In this document: piece by piece, positions 1-12,765 of the stretch
Position numbering within the stretch: the first letter of the stretch is position 1
Layout: every line of letters starts with the position of its first letter
Source of the DNA: Octopus sinensis
Taxonomy: Eukaryota
Direction of reading: 5' to 3'
Length of the DNA: 64,000 bases
Assembly: GCF_006345805.1 (NCBI RefSeq)
Contig: NC_042998.1
Coordinates: 111,104,001 to 111,168,000 of the forward strand
The notes under the pieces: generated by a model
Told to the model about the DNA's origin: nothing
Seen by the model: only the letters and a program-made list of their open reading frames with translations
Database searches by the model: none
Made by a program: the position numbers and the translations under genes

Positions 1-401
1 TACAATGTCTGTTGGATAAACATAGAAAAATAACACTGAAACAAAAAGGAAGTATATGAGAGAACAAAGAGACATGGAACTGCTGACTGTCAAGTAGCGC
101 CTATTAGCAAGAGGGAAATCACGATTTATAATTTTGGGAGGCGCTTAAACTAAGCTAACAATCTGAATTTATAAACTTAGCGCCAAAGCTCAATATGGTT
201 TCTCATAGGTGAACAACAACCCATGGAATTGCTAGCAAAGAGCCAATCGACGACACGCTGAGTGAGAAATTATGCATTCAGTCACTCCTATCAGCAAAAC
301 AGAAGTTGATCTAATGACGTTATTACAATTAATTCAGCATGACATTGGGAGAAATTTGGCTAGCGACATCATACAGCGTATCCAATCGTTTTAGATAAGT
401 A

Positions 402-562
402 TTCTTTTATTCTTTTACTTGCTTCAGTCATTTGACTGCGGAAATGCTGGAGCACTGCCTTGAAGGGTTTTAGTCCCCAGGACTTATTCTCTGTAAGTCT
501 AGTACTTATTCTATCGGACCTTTTGCCGATAGTACTTATTCTATCGGACCTTCTGCCGATAG
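402..562 (-). mobile_element. tRNA-derived SINE (family A), 3' fragment with an internal 30-bp tandem duplication
   Basis: Matches the 3' part of the full copies at 6299-6720 and 34813-35210 (cagtcatttgactgcgg...gtacttattctatcgg); 501-530 is repeated at 531-560. Confidence 0.85.
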
Positions 563-1625
563 AATACAGCCATGATGCGATTTTGTAGTTTTCACTTAGA
601 TCATTGAAGAGGAATTTGCATATTTCGGGAACAGATGACACTTCGAGTACAAAATCTAGCCTAACTCGAATCACATTCCTCGGTGAGTCAGAGAACATGC
701 ATTGATCGGAACCGATGTTGCTTATTTAAGTTTGCGAAAGTTGCATCTCAAGAATTTCGTACCTTCATGTTTCTCTTTAGACTCAACTCTGTCACAAACC
801 TCCAGGTGTACGAAGTTTTCAAGGTGGTTTGCACTATTTGGGCTCGACTACCACGTTCAACAACAGGTGGAGTTTGCTTCCAATCGCCTACAGAAAGAAC
901 ACATACTTCTTCAAACAAAGTTTCGTTCGCTCTGATATCGCGTAGGAAACTATCCAGGCATTCCTATATGAGCTTGTCTCCTTGGCTGACTTCTTCGACA
1001 ATTATTAGACTGGTCATTCTGAAGAGTTGCGCAGTTGCATCCTGAGGTGACATATTGCAGCAGAACTCTGGTGTTTTGTTTATGGGCACTTCGAACCGAG
1101 AATGAAATGTCCAGCCATTGGGCAGTAATATTGCCGCAATCCAAGATAGAGCTGTGGCGTGTACGATTTTTTTCTCCGCTACTTTTATTAGAAGTTATCT
1201 CCCCTTACTTCATATTTAATTTTTTTTTGTACTTGCTCAAACTGAACAATTACCTTTACTATCCACTGAATCATAATACTTTTTCACATTTATTTTCGTT
1301 AAAAACCTGCCTGATTAGCTCCTTCGTAATCCCGAAAAATCTCGTGACCATTGGTCCAACCGTTTGACCATCAGGAGGTTACAGACATACATCGGACATT
1401 ACGCCTATTAAAGTATGATGCGCGTGCGTAGTGCGGTGTCGACAGCTGTTGAAGAATATGACAATAGTAATGTGCTTTCCTTTCTGTCGTAATTTTGCAG
1501 TCATCCTTTTGCGCTCCGTTTTATAGAAGTGGTTTTGAGTGTGCGTTAAGTACGTGTGCGTGTGTGTGTATGTGTGCGTGCGTTCGTGCACCTGGGGTGG
1601 AAATTCGTTAACAATTTCCACTCAT
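563..1625 (-). pseudogene. Helitron RepHel remnant (PIF1-like helicase plus upstream segment)
   Basis: Minus-strand translation GEKIVHATALSWIAAILLPNGWTFHSRFEVPIN...SLIIVEEVSQGDKLI*ECLDSFLRDIRANETLFEEVCVLSVGDWKQTPPVVERGSRAQIVQTTLKTSYTWRFVTELSLKRNMKV resembles Helitron helicase motifs (ASSGIAATLL.GGRT.HS.F, IIDE.SM, GDFRQ.LPV, L..NMR); FLFNDLSENYKIASWL follows. The 1380-1625 part is weaker. Confidence 0.8.
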
Positions 1626-2369
1626 GTGGAAATTTCAAAACAATAAGGAATTCGGTGTGTAAAATATTCTCTGCACCACCTTAAAGTTCATTAGATCTTT
1701 ACATTTATTTCTCTTGTTTCTTTTTTTTTTGCAAATTGTTATTGGTTATAAACGTGCAATTTTGGGCATATAAGACATATCAGATAGCAACCAAATAATA
1801 CCAAACGAGAGCTAAAAGAGTGAGCAATAAATATACACAGCTGTCCTTGACGGTAACAAATTTCAGGACTGTCCGTACTTGGCATGTAAATTCATTTGAA
1901 AATCTACACTTGTGAATTTACATTTAGTTTTGTTTCAAAATTTCCTTCAAGTCCTACTCAATTGTGATTGTTTCATGGTTTTTGTTTTGCTTCTCCCACC
2001 CAAAAGGGAGTTTCAAAAGATTTAAGAATCATTTTATGTGGAATTATGTAGGTAAACTTTAACTCGACTATCCAGATTTGTCTTTGTCCACCTAAATATA
2101 TTTCTCTTTATCTCTCTCTTTCTCTCTCCCTCTATCTCTCTCAGTTGCTCCCTATATACATATATGCACACACATATACGTACACACACATATATACATA
2201 TACATACATACATATACATATATATATATATATTTATATTTATATTTATATTTATACTTATAGGCAAATTTGTATGAAAAACTTTTAATTGCTTTAAATA
2301 AATTTATTTACATATATACCAAACTAGTTTCAACAATATTTTTTGTTTATCAATGGTAAAAATTTAGAA

Positions 2370-3000
2370 TCAGGAATTAGAAAAACATCTTTAAAAGTTT
2401 CAATGTTGAAAATTAAAATGTTCATAACAAATAAATTTAGCATTATGAATTAGAAAAACATGTTAAAAAATTTCGATGTTGACAAGTTTAACTCTTCATA
2501 ACAGTCAATAATATCTAAACTGTGCATCACTTTGTGTTGCCTGTGCTCCTAATCTTGACTTAGGTCGCTGGCCTGGTCGAGCTGTATCACCTTCAGTAGC
2601 TTCGTATGTACCTCCCAGCAATCCATGGTGGACTTTATAGCGATAATGCTCTTCTCGTAGCTACCGGTCTGTCCAAACCAGTTCTTGAGAGATTTAGAAA
2701 AGGACTCCATATGTTTTTCTTTGCTTTTTGCTAAGTTGAGCCTAACTATTGCATTTAAGGATACCATTAAAATAGCGAACTTACTTGATGTAGCCTTAGA
2801 TCTAATTTTTTTTCTATATAATCTCCATACCATAAGCCTAATGAATATCTAACGTATGTCAAAGACTTTTGTAATCACCATAGTTCTATTTTAAATAGTG
2901 TAACTAAGGGTATCTCTATTAGAATTTCTGATTTGTATGTAGCTGAAAAAATATTTAATAACCATGCTACCTATCAAAATCAAGCACTTTTCTCACATTT
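2370..3000 (+). pseudogene. Penelope-like element RT remnant
   Basis: FDVDKFNSS...VAGLVELYHL...GGLYSDNALLV...LERFRKGLHMFF...YHKPNEYLTYVKDFCNHHSSIL...SIRISDL..EKIFN, resembling the PLE RT motifs VxELVGLY, GLYRDDGL and YxKPN..YI..xSNHP; many stops and deletions. Confidence 0.72.
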
Positions 3001-3321
3001 TTCTCACAAAAAATAAAATTATTGTCTAATACAAAGCTTAAGAACTATCAAACACAAGAATATCCTATTTCTATTCCCCGTAAAACAACGAATATAACAC
3101 TACCTACTAGAGATAGGAGCACTTAACCCAGTACCCCACAACGTAACAATCAACCTACTGGACGTATCACCATAAGTACCATTCAATCGTTAACCGATCG
3201 ACACTTAAATTATCGCATTCCACAACACTTAGTATCACAGCGATCAAAGCCGCATCTAATAAGTGGAAATTTAATAGACATAACCAACCAACCAACCACA
3301 ACTAAGGATAATAATAGTAAC

Positions 3322-3408
<87 letters not shown>
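3322..3408 (+). repeat. (AAT)n microsatellite followed by compound (TA)n/(TG)n
   Basis: Direct observation. Confidence 0.95.
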
Positions 3409-3409
<1 letters not shown>

Positions 3410-3429
3410 TATGTATCTGTGTGTATATG

Positions 3430-3514
<85 letters not shown>

Positions 3515-3832
3515 ATACATAAATGTATTTACATATATATATATATATGTATAAATGTATATACATATATATGTGTATGTATGTATCTGTATATATGTAT
3601 ATATATAATATTTTCCCCTCCCAAACCTTGAAAATTTGCCTTCTCATGAAAGCCGCTTTGATTATTATTTATTCTTTTTTAATTTTTCATACACCCATTT
3701 TTATTAAAATTTAGTTTCAATTTAGCATTCTGCCTTATTATAATTTTTCGTCTCCTATCATTTATCCACGTGCGGTTAACACAACGCCACCATTTACTGA
3801 CTTATATATATATGTGTGTGTGTGTGCGTGTG

Positions 3833-4039
3833 TATAAGAGAAGAAAGTGGATATAATAACAATGGGATACTTGTGGATTACGCTGGAATGCTTTTAATTA
3901 AATAGGTAACAAAAATGTAAGAAGCAGAGATGCCATCCTCATCTCTGCTTCTTACTTCTTTGCTATCTATTTAACTAAAGACATGCCAGCCTAATCCACG
4001 AGACTCCCATTGATATTATATCCACTTTCTTCTTTTATA
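3833..4039. repeat. ~200-bp imperfect hairpin (inverted repeat, ~100-bp arms, 7-nt loop)
   Basis: agaagaaagtggatataat...gtaagaagcagagatg [ccatcct] catctctgcttcttac...attatatccactttcttct. Confidence 0.9.
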
Positions 4040-4152
4040 TCACCTAAACTCCGTACAATCTTACACAAGACTGTACCTACCTGGCTAATAGACAGGCGTA
4101 ACTTTGGATTTAAAATATCCCTTAGAGGTATTAAACTCCCCTAACTTGATAC

Positions 4153-4243
<91 letters not shown>

Positions 4244-4250
4244 ATTAAAA

Positions 4251-4910
4251 CTAGACATCGTACAACTCAGGACACCCAAAACAAAAAACAAAGAAAACAT
4301 TATCCCTTTTATAAACACACACAAACCTGGAGTTACCAACATCTTCCAAACCATACATTCAAACCTACCAATAGCCTTACAAAGCCCCAAAATGAAGAAC
4401 ATATTAAACAAATATAGCATAAGAAACAGTAGACGACAGGACAAAAACCTAAAGAAACACCTAACATGAGCGAAATTCTCTTCAGAAACTAAAACGGAAT
4501 TCTTTGCAAAAGAGTGGGGAGATAGTAGATGTGGGATCTGCAGCAACCCCACCTACAAATACATAGAGGGAAACAGAGAGATAAGATTTAAAAGTGGTGA
4601 CATATTCAAAATAAATGCATATATGAACTGCAAGACGCAGAACGTTATATACTGCATAACCTGCCCCACGTGCAAGGAGAATTACGTAGGTGAAACTGGT
4701 AATTCTTTGTGCCAGCGAGCCAGGATTCACCGACAACATATTCGGCATGAAGAACTACGCAAAATACCACTAAGTACACACCTAGCTACGTGTGGAGAAG
4801 GAAAATTTAAGATCTTTCCCTTCTACAAATGTCCGAAGAACGACACCTCTTTCAGGAGGAATATGGAAAAATATTTCATAGCTAAGTTCTTCCCCAAATT
4901 AAATGGCTGA
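4251..4910 (+). pseudogene. Penelope-like (Neptune-type) C-terminus: Cys-rich linker + GIY-YIG endonuclease, one in-frame TGA (4467-4469)
   Basis: Single frame: ...NSRRQDKNLKKHLT*AKF...GDSRCGIC...NCKTQNVIYCITCPTCKENYVGETGNSLCQRARIHRQHI...PLSTHLATC...RRNMEKYFIAKFFPKLNG. Confidence 0.88.
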
Positions 4911-4926
4911 AACTTTACTCATCATA

Positions 4927-5400
4927 CATTGAAGGACAAATCTTTCGATTTACAATATATTTTTGTAATTTACTTGATCTTTACTTGCCAATCGTCATTC
5001 TAATTCTAGCCTTCCTATATGCAATTTTCAAGATGGTGTAGTTTGATTCTTCATTTTGAATCGATAGAAGGTTTTTTTCTAATATTTCATGTATAAGCAT
5101 GTGTATATATATATAGTGACATTGAAGGACACATCTTTCGATTTACAATCTAATATAGTAGAACATTTAGTATACGTCTGTATATGTATATATATATATG
5201 TGTGTGTATATATATTGCCTGTTATATACATTATATTATTTTTATAATTTACTTCATCTGCACTTTTTAACTGTCACTTTAATTTTAACTTTCCTATAAT
5301 ATACAATTTTCAAGATGGTGTAATTTAGTTGTTCATTTTGAACCGATAAAAAGGTTTGTTTCAAATATTTCATGTATAAGAGTGTATATATGTATATAGT
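4927..5400 (+). repeat. Diverged tandem pair of ~190-bp units downstream of the GIY-YIG stop (pLTR-like)
   Basis: cattgaaggac..atctttcgatttacaat...caattttcaagatggtgta...atatttcatgtataag begins at 4927 and at 5120 (second copy carries an insertion). Confidence 0.7.
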
Positions 5401-5651
5401 GGTATAAATATCAACACAACTTTTTCCCTTCCTCCCTTATTTTTTTTTTCTTATTTTTTTTGTCCCTCTCCCCTTCTCCAAACACACAGACACACGCACA
5501 TGCACACACACACACACACACACATACAAACACACACAAATACACACACACACACACACACCTCCACAAAACGATCATACAAAGTGATAAGAATTCTTAA
5601 AAACCCAAAAAGACATTTGACCATCCCCACAATGTTAAAAGGAAATATAAT

Positions 5652-5825
5652 TTATGGCTTACCTCCCCGCCCACACACACTCAGTGACATTGTTAAGTGG
5701 TCAAAGCTGAAATTCTTAGAACCCCCTTGGAGTCAATATTATGGCCTACCTCCCCACCACGACACACTCAATGACACTGTGAAGTGGTCAAAACTGAAAT
5801 TCTTAGAACCCCCTTGGAGTCAATA
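5652..5825 (+). repeat. 87-bp tandem duplication
   Basis: 5652-5738 vs 5739-5825, ~90% identical by eye. Confidence 0.9.
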
Positions 5826-5904
5826 TCCTGTCCAGCAGACACAAAAACTTCTTTCCTTCCCTCTCCGTTCCCCTCTTTCTCTTTAGCAATCACCTCAGAT
5901 ACAA

Positions 5905-5937
<33 letters not shown>

Positions 5938-6298
5938 CACACATACACACATACACACATGTTCTCCCTCTTACTTTCTCCTCATCCACCTCACCCTCTT
6001 CTACTGTCTTACATTCCTCCCCATCACAACGAGAAACTATAAAATGATTAAAATCCCCAGCAAAGGAACTTATTTTCATTTGAAAACCCCACTAGAATGG
6101 GAGAAAGCGCTAATGAACTAAGTGATATGATATATATGTAAAAAATGTAATATATAAATAAATATCTGTAAATACAAACCATCCGATCTTCTGATTACCT
6201 CATTTCTTCTAATATATAATACCTGTACATCATCTCCAAACCTTCAAATATATATATATATATATATAAAATATTATTCGAGACAAATATATATATAT

Positions 6299-6514
6299 TC
6301 TCTTTTTTTTACTTGTTTCAGTCATTTGACTGCGGCCATGCTGGAGCACCGCCTTTAATCGAGCAACTCGACCCCGAGACTTATTCTTTTGTAAGCCCAG
6401 TACTTATTCTATCGGGCACTTTTGCCGAACCGCTAAGTAACGAGGACATAAACACACCAGCATCGGTTGTCAAGCAATGCTAGGGCGACAAACACAGATA
6501 CACAAACACACACA

Positions 6515-6559
<45 letters not shown>

Positions 6560-6720
6560 GACGTGCTTCTTTCAGTTTCTGTCTACCAAATCCACTCACA
6601 AGGCTTTGGTTGACCCGAGGCTATAGTAGAAGACACTTGCCCAAGGTGCCACGCAGTGGGACTGAACTCGGAACCATGTGGTTAGTAAACAAGCTACTTA
6701 CCACACAGCACTCCTGCGCC
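6299..6720 (-). mobile_element. tRNA-derived SINE (family A), full length
   Basis: Reverse complement begins GGCGCAGGAGTGCTGTGTGGTAAG...GAGTTCAGTCCC (A/B-box-like), central (TA)n, 3' ...CAGTCAAATGACTGAAACAAGTAAAA; matches 34813-35210. Confidence 0.9.
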
Positions 6721-6754
<34 letters not shown>

Positions 6755-7235
6755 TATATATATATATAAATGTATATATATATATATGTGTGTGTGTGTG
6801 CGTATGTGTGTGTATGTGCGTGTATGTGTGTAGAATCAACACCGTTTGACAGAATGGAGTAACGCTGATTCAATACATAACGCTAAAATCAAAGTTACCG
6901 TGCCTCGGTTTCTAAACACTATTCAAAGTTGCGCGAACCAAAATCTTAACTCCTCAGTTTTTAATTAGTTAATGGATACATACTTATTTACTTTTGCTCA
7001 ATATTAATGTTTCTTAATTTTATTTCTAGATTACAATCCTATTAAATATATAGTTGATCATGATTTATATAGCAGAAACCTATACTTTCTTCCTCTATAT
7101 CATGTTCATCTTCTGCTGTCAGACATGCAGCTATTTCTGTTTCTATAATATTATTATTTCCATCGTCGTCATCATCATCATAACCAACAACTACAACAGC
7201 AGTAGAAGCTGTAGTGGTAGCAATGGTAGTAGAAG

Positions 7236-7241
7236 TAGTAA

Positions 7242-7295
<54 letters not shown>

Positions 7296-7378
7296 CAGCA
7301 GAAGCAGTATTAGTAGTAGTAGTAGTAGTAGTAGTAGTTATTGTTGTAGTATTGGTGGTGGTGGTGGTGGAGGATGAG
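7236..7378 (+). repeat. (GTA)n/(GTG)n trinucleotide tract
   Basis: Direct observation. Confidence 0.9.
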
Positions 7379-7842
7379 GAGGGGAAGGCGGAAAAAGCGA
7401 CATTATCACTGATGTTTTTATTTCTGTTTCAATAAAAATCACTTCTGTCTTATTTTGCAATTTGAGGTGATTTATATCCGTACGGTGAATTAGTTTTACC
7501 AATATCGTGCTGTCATCAGCTGGCTTTATCATTGACAATTCGCACATTGACAAATGGTGAGATAAAACTATATTTCATGCAATTTCAATCGCAAAATTTT
7601 ACATGTTCATGCTATATGATGTGTTGATTGCTATTATTGTTTTTGTTTTTTTTTTGTTTTGTTTTTGTTTTTGCTTTTTTGTGGCTGCTTTTGCATATTT
7701 TTCTTGTCTGCTGCTTTCGTGATAAGTGAGGACGTCTAAGTGGATGGAATCAATCGAATTCAACAGAGAAGCTGTGGAAAATAAATGATGATATCTCTTC
7801 AGATATTTTCCCCCTCCGTCGTTATTATCGTTATTCATATTG

Positions 7843-7911
7843 CATTTATTGTTATTATTATTATTATTATTATCAGCAGCAGCAGCAGCATTAACATCAT
7901 CATCATCATCA

Positions 7912-7972
<61 letters not shown>
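7843..7972 (+). repeat. Compound (ATT)n/(CAG)n/(CAT)n tract
   Basis: Direct observation. Confidence 0.9.
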
Positions 7973-7973
<1 letters not shown>

Positions 7974-8509
7974 GCTTTCACTTTTGGCTCTGATGCTGTT
8001 TGTTATCGCCGTTACAATTGCATTTATTAATGCTGTGGTTGTTGTCTTTTTATTATCGAAGTGGATGCATTTTCTTTCTTTTTCATTTGATTCTGTTATT
8101 TTTTTTCTTTTTCTTTTCGCATATATATTTTCATCTGGATTATCCACTTAACTATGATCTGTTGTTTGACAAATCAAAACTTTTAATAGACAGAATAATA
8201 AAAGTGTCTATAAACATCAACACATTTTGTTCTTAATGCATTACATGTACACGTCTAATGAGGTTAACACAATTAGTTTTCTAACACATTCACAAGTTTT
8301 AGGCTTTTACGAATATCGCAGGAGAAAACTGAGCAATAGTTTAAAAATATTATTGGAGAAAAAAATATATTTCACTTTTCTAACATAACAAACAATATCG
8401 ATTTCCGTTCGATAAATCAAACCAACTTTTATGAAAGATTGAAAATGTAATTTCTTTTGCGTTTATGTGTGTGCGTGTTTTTTATTTGTTTTTCTTCATA
8501 TAGATATAC

Positions 8510-8601
<92 letters not shown>

Positions 8602-9644
8602 AATATTACTTTTTATTTTAACATTGGCAGAATGCAGCTGTACAGCATATGAAACAATGGATACCGCCGTTCATGTTGGGTTTGCCTTTCAATGAGAAAT
8701 TGAATCCAAGAGAGAGGAAATGGGTGAGATAAATAAAATAACTCAATTACATTTCTAGAATAAATTCATGCGCATTTATAAAAAGAAAAACTATCATGAA
8801 ATATTCCTCACTATCTTGCAAATTTCCAGAAGAGCTTTACAAAAATTTGCAACCAACTTGCAGCGAAGTATTGTATATTTCAAAAGTTTATCACAAAATC
8901 AAAATATCATTGTAAAACTGATAATTTTCTTTAAACAGGTCAACTCCACGACTGTTAATTGAATAATCAGTGTTTGGGATCAACTTCAAATAAGAGTACT
9001 CTGACAAAATAAATATATTTCTAATAGTTACAGATTCGGCCACGTTGAAGGGGATATCATCTTATGCTTTGTACAGTATAAAAAACAATTAACTTTATAG
9101 CGAATACACTGTTTCGAAATTACTAAAACAGGATCAGAAATTGAACTTACATAAGTTATACTTCCAGAATCTTTACTATCTGGCCTGATAAGAGTCAGAT
9201 ATATAGAAATGTTATTTTAGATTTTAAAGCATTTTGAATCTAATAATTGTCAATCAAACATCAATATTTTATTTCTTTAAATATTACTTTACTGAACTAA
9301 TAATTATATTACAGTGTGATACGACTGCGGAATTCAAATTCAATGAGCGAAGGAGCAATGATGTCGTCTCCTACAGCTACAATAAAGTTATTTGATCTCT
9401 CGAGGAAGACACGTTTGAAGTAGAATAAGAATTCAGTTTCAGAATTATTAATTTCAAAGAACATCGCGTAGAGAAATTCTTCGAAAAGATTCCATGGAAA
9501 AAATTGATAAATTGTAAGATTGATGAAAGAGTTATGGGGAAAGAGAAGGAAATTTGGAAAGAAACAGTAAATCGGAAAATGAGAGAAAATAGTGCTTGCT
9601 CCTTCTAATGAATACGAGTGTTATACCGAGTGAAATGTAAAAGT

Positions 9645-10440
9645 GGGCATAACTTTTGTTATTATTCACCGATATACCTTATTCAACTTACACATGTTAG
9701 TAGACAAAAATACTACTCACCTTAATCTTCATCAAGAGCAATGCATTTGCGCCAACGCAACAAAAGACTCCTCTTTGAAAAACTCATCTTAGCACTATTG
9801 TTCCCCCTTTTTCACTCACACTTTCACCTTGCTTGTTTCATGGAATTCTTGTCATTGGCACTAACATGTAGATGACATAGGGCACCTAATCCTGGATTGT
9901 ACATCGGATAAGTAACCGCTGGCCAGCCCGATTTGCGCATATGCTTGATCTGTCGCTAAAAATATACATAATCACTCATTGTCATCGCTAATATAGATTA
10001 TTTTCAGATTCTTGTCATGTTATTTTATCTTTATGGATTTTGCATATTTTGGAGTGTCTCAGTGTACTATTCTCTGTTCACTTTACAGTCATCTTCCAAA
10101 AAATCAAGGTAATGACAACCTTGGCACTCCCCTAAAGTGCCACCAAGATTTTCTTTGCTGATCTTTGGTTCTTGAATATCTTAGACCAAAGGCATGATAT
10201 GTGACATCATTTATGGATAACACTATTCTTTCTGGGTCTTAAAGACATGCCCACGTTACACCCACGTCATGAAGACGACAAAATTCATTGATTACAAACT
10301 CCTCCAGCAGATCAGAGGAGTCTTCCACCCTTCTGTCCTTTAAATCAGGTGTCAACAACCGAGTATACAATTCTTCATACGCTTGCCAATATTTACATTC
10401 ACCCACCACTTTCTGAAATGCACTGTAGCAATTCTCTAGG
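9645..10440 (-). mobile_element. Degenerate mariner transposon remnant
   Basis: Minus strand: RLLTPDLKDRRV (cf. WVPRLLTPDQK.RR), GWPAVTYPMYNPGLGA (cf. GWE.LPHPPYSPDLAP), CIALDED; TIR-like tgggcataacttttgttattattcaccg near 9645. Confidence 0.65.
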
Positions 10441-10891
10441 TGCGTAGCAAGTTTGAGGTTTGTGATTCGTCAGACTCCGTGAATCAATTCGTTCCCTCGC
10501 TAGCGAACGCAGTTATGAAGGTGTTGCTCTACAAGAAAGTGGGTACACATATATGTATATATTATTTTATTGACCCCGAAGTAAAATCCTATAAAAACCA
10601 GAAAAGTAAGGCTGGCTTCGATAGAGTGTAAACAGTGGGAACGGTTTTTCGACTTAATTGAAAAACCCAGCAATTTCGAAGGCTGAAGTCGATTACAGCG
10701 ATCGTTGTACTTCACTTTACTGATTTGAAAAAAAAAAGAACCGTGAGAGGCACATATATCTCGGCAAGATTGACCTATAGTCACATCAATCACTGCAAGG
10801 AATTTTTCTAATGATTTAAAATTTCTGTCAAAAATACTAAATGCTTCAAATCTTGGCACAAAACTAGCAATTTTAGGGGGAAATATGTAAG

Positions 10892-10992
10892 TCAATCACA
10901 TAGACTCCAGTGCTCAGTTGTTACTCATTTTATTGACTCCAAACGAATGTAAGGCACTGTAGACCTCGATGGTATTTGAATTCACAATGTAG
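10892..10992 (-). mobile_element. SINE (family B) fragment
   Basis: Reverse complement resembles the 45143-45318 copy (ttcaaat...gaggtc.ac...gtc.ataaaat.agta...cactgg.gtctatgt.at). Confidence 0.6.
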
Positions 10993-11039
10993 AAATTTGG
11001 AAAAAATCACTCTTAAAATTGTGTCCGACGTGTTTATAA

Positions 11040-12560
11040 TTGTGCCTACTCACCGCTGTTATCTATTTTTTCTAAGTAAGAAAAGGCCAGCTGGAGGGGA
11101 AAGTAACCCCTCTCTTGTCATTTTGCCCCATACATTCCAGATGTACATCGAAGAAGGCGTTCCCATCACCCACTAAAGAGAAGGATGCTCGCATAAAATA
11201 TTTGAAGATGCCTATACAAATTTGATGGTCTGTTAAGGGAGAAAATTCATAGCGACTATATACTATCCTTGCAACTGTTCACAACCAGGAACAACGTCGT
11301 ACCGCCCGAGTCCATATCTCGAGGACCAGGCCTTTTCGAAACTGTAGCATCAGCTCGTACCAAATCCCGGACCGAGTAAGAAATGTTATAAATAATTAAA
11401 GATAAGGCGCGTGTATGAGAAATATAGGTTTCGCCGATGGCTATCACATCCAAATTTTGTAATCTGAGGTAATTCAGCACTTTTTCCAGATGAACCCCGG
11501 TAATGTGCATTTATGCATCATAATCTCTGAACTGGTATGTTGCTGGGAGAAAAAGAAGAAAGAAAGGAAATAGATTACTAATCCATTTGGTGGTCCTGAA
11601 GGTCGGTTAAGTAGGTCTTCATTAAAATTTGGGAGTTTAGGAAGTCATTTAAGAGCTTACTGCCAGTCCTTGCGCTGGGGCTTCCTACTTCAATTGGTAA
11701 TTATCTTATTCCATTCTTTCTTTTGTCCTTTTTCTTTCTCTTTTTCTTTTCTCTCTCTCTCCCTCTCTCTCTCTTTCTCTTTCTCTTTCTGAGTGTATGT
11801 GTGTGCTTAAGTTTTGGCGTGATAAAGAACATCAGTTTTCGTTTTAGCCAGAATTTTTACTGTGAGTGTTTCGATGGGTTAGACCAATGTGCTTATCCAC
11901 TGATGTTGCTGTTATGCATGTTCTCTCTTATTTGCAGTGGGTGTTAGTGATGGAAGTGGAAAAGTTGTGCTTCTGAATTTGTCGGTGTCAGAGGATTTGT
12001 GTAGTTTTGTTTATACCGTTGTGATATTATTTAGAAAAAATATAGCTCTTTTAACATATTTTACTGAGACAGTTTTGCTTTTGTTCTTCTTAGGTTGATT
12101 ATCCGATTGCATCGCAAGAGGAGGTTTCCAAGCTGCAAAAATCTGATACGCGTGGGGCTGGAAATGTATTTTCGAGTGTGCTCATCATGTATGTGTTTGA
12201 GACTAACAAAGAAATGAGAGAGACAGAGAGAGAGAGTAAGAGAGGAAGCATTAAGTTGGAAATCTTTCTGGTTAGTTAGCCTTTGAGTCTGATTGCTGGG
12301 CGTAAACGTAATTTTTTTTTTGTTGTGCATGGAGATCTATAATTAGTTGTTATTGCTTTCTGGGTGCTGTTCGTTTTTCTCTTGTGCATATGTTGTTGTT
12401 TCACCTGTTTTCTTTTTGTTACTGCTGATGAAGGTGCTTGTAGTGAGGGTGTCTTTGCTCTTATTGTGGAACTACCATGGTTTGGTGTAGTTGTACAGCC
12501 GGTGTGTTTCTTTTCTTGCACTCCACCTTATCACGAGATGCTATATATTCGGGAAACACT
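11040..12560 (-). pseudogene. Old Tx1-like relic: ORF1 C-terminal region and ORF2 APE N-terminus
   Basis: LQNLDVIAIGET, SLVGDGNAFFDVHLECMGQNDKRG and SYLEKI align to IIAISET, LLVGDWNATLDTHVDYVGRDRNRRG and SYLDRI of the intact ORF2; the ORF1-like similarity upstream is weaker. Confidence 0.6.
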
Positions 12561-12765
12561 AAGTTAGTAGGGGACAGGGGTATTTTCTTTTACTGAGTGT
12601 GTATATTTACTCTGTTTAAGTAGAAAAGAAAGAATAGAAGAAAAGTTGGTGAGAGAGGAGCAAGGGAGAGTTCAGTGCTGAAATGTGCATTGTATAACAA
12701 TTATTTTATTGAAATTCCTTACTCCGATAGTAAAGTTGTTACTGCTAACAAATTAAAAGTTGACC

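Noticed and set aside
501-560. Short direct repeats as a CRISPR array
   Set aside because: Only two abutting units inside a SINE, with no spacers; the context is eukaryotic.
3210-3714. Track ORFs rich in YI/HT/LL/VC repeats (also ~7054-7435, 40890-41416, 46410-46799, 54404-54803 and others)
   Set aside because: Translations of microsatellites with no domain content.
4467-4469. In-frame TGA in the PLE as selenocysteine (some Naiad PLEs are reported to encode Sec)
   Set aside because: The position corresponds to Arg of an LTRAKF-like motif, explained by CGA->TGA CpG decay, not a Cys position.
5025-5075. Hammerhead-like remains in the PLE tandem units
   Set aside because: Core too degenerate (TTCAAGA / GAAT) to support.
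7599-8147. 182-aa poly-Asn/Asp/Ala ORF as a host exon
   Set aside because: Driven by trinucleotide tracts; no recognisable domain or convincing splice sites.
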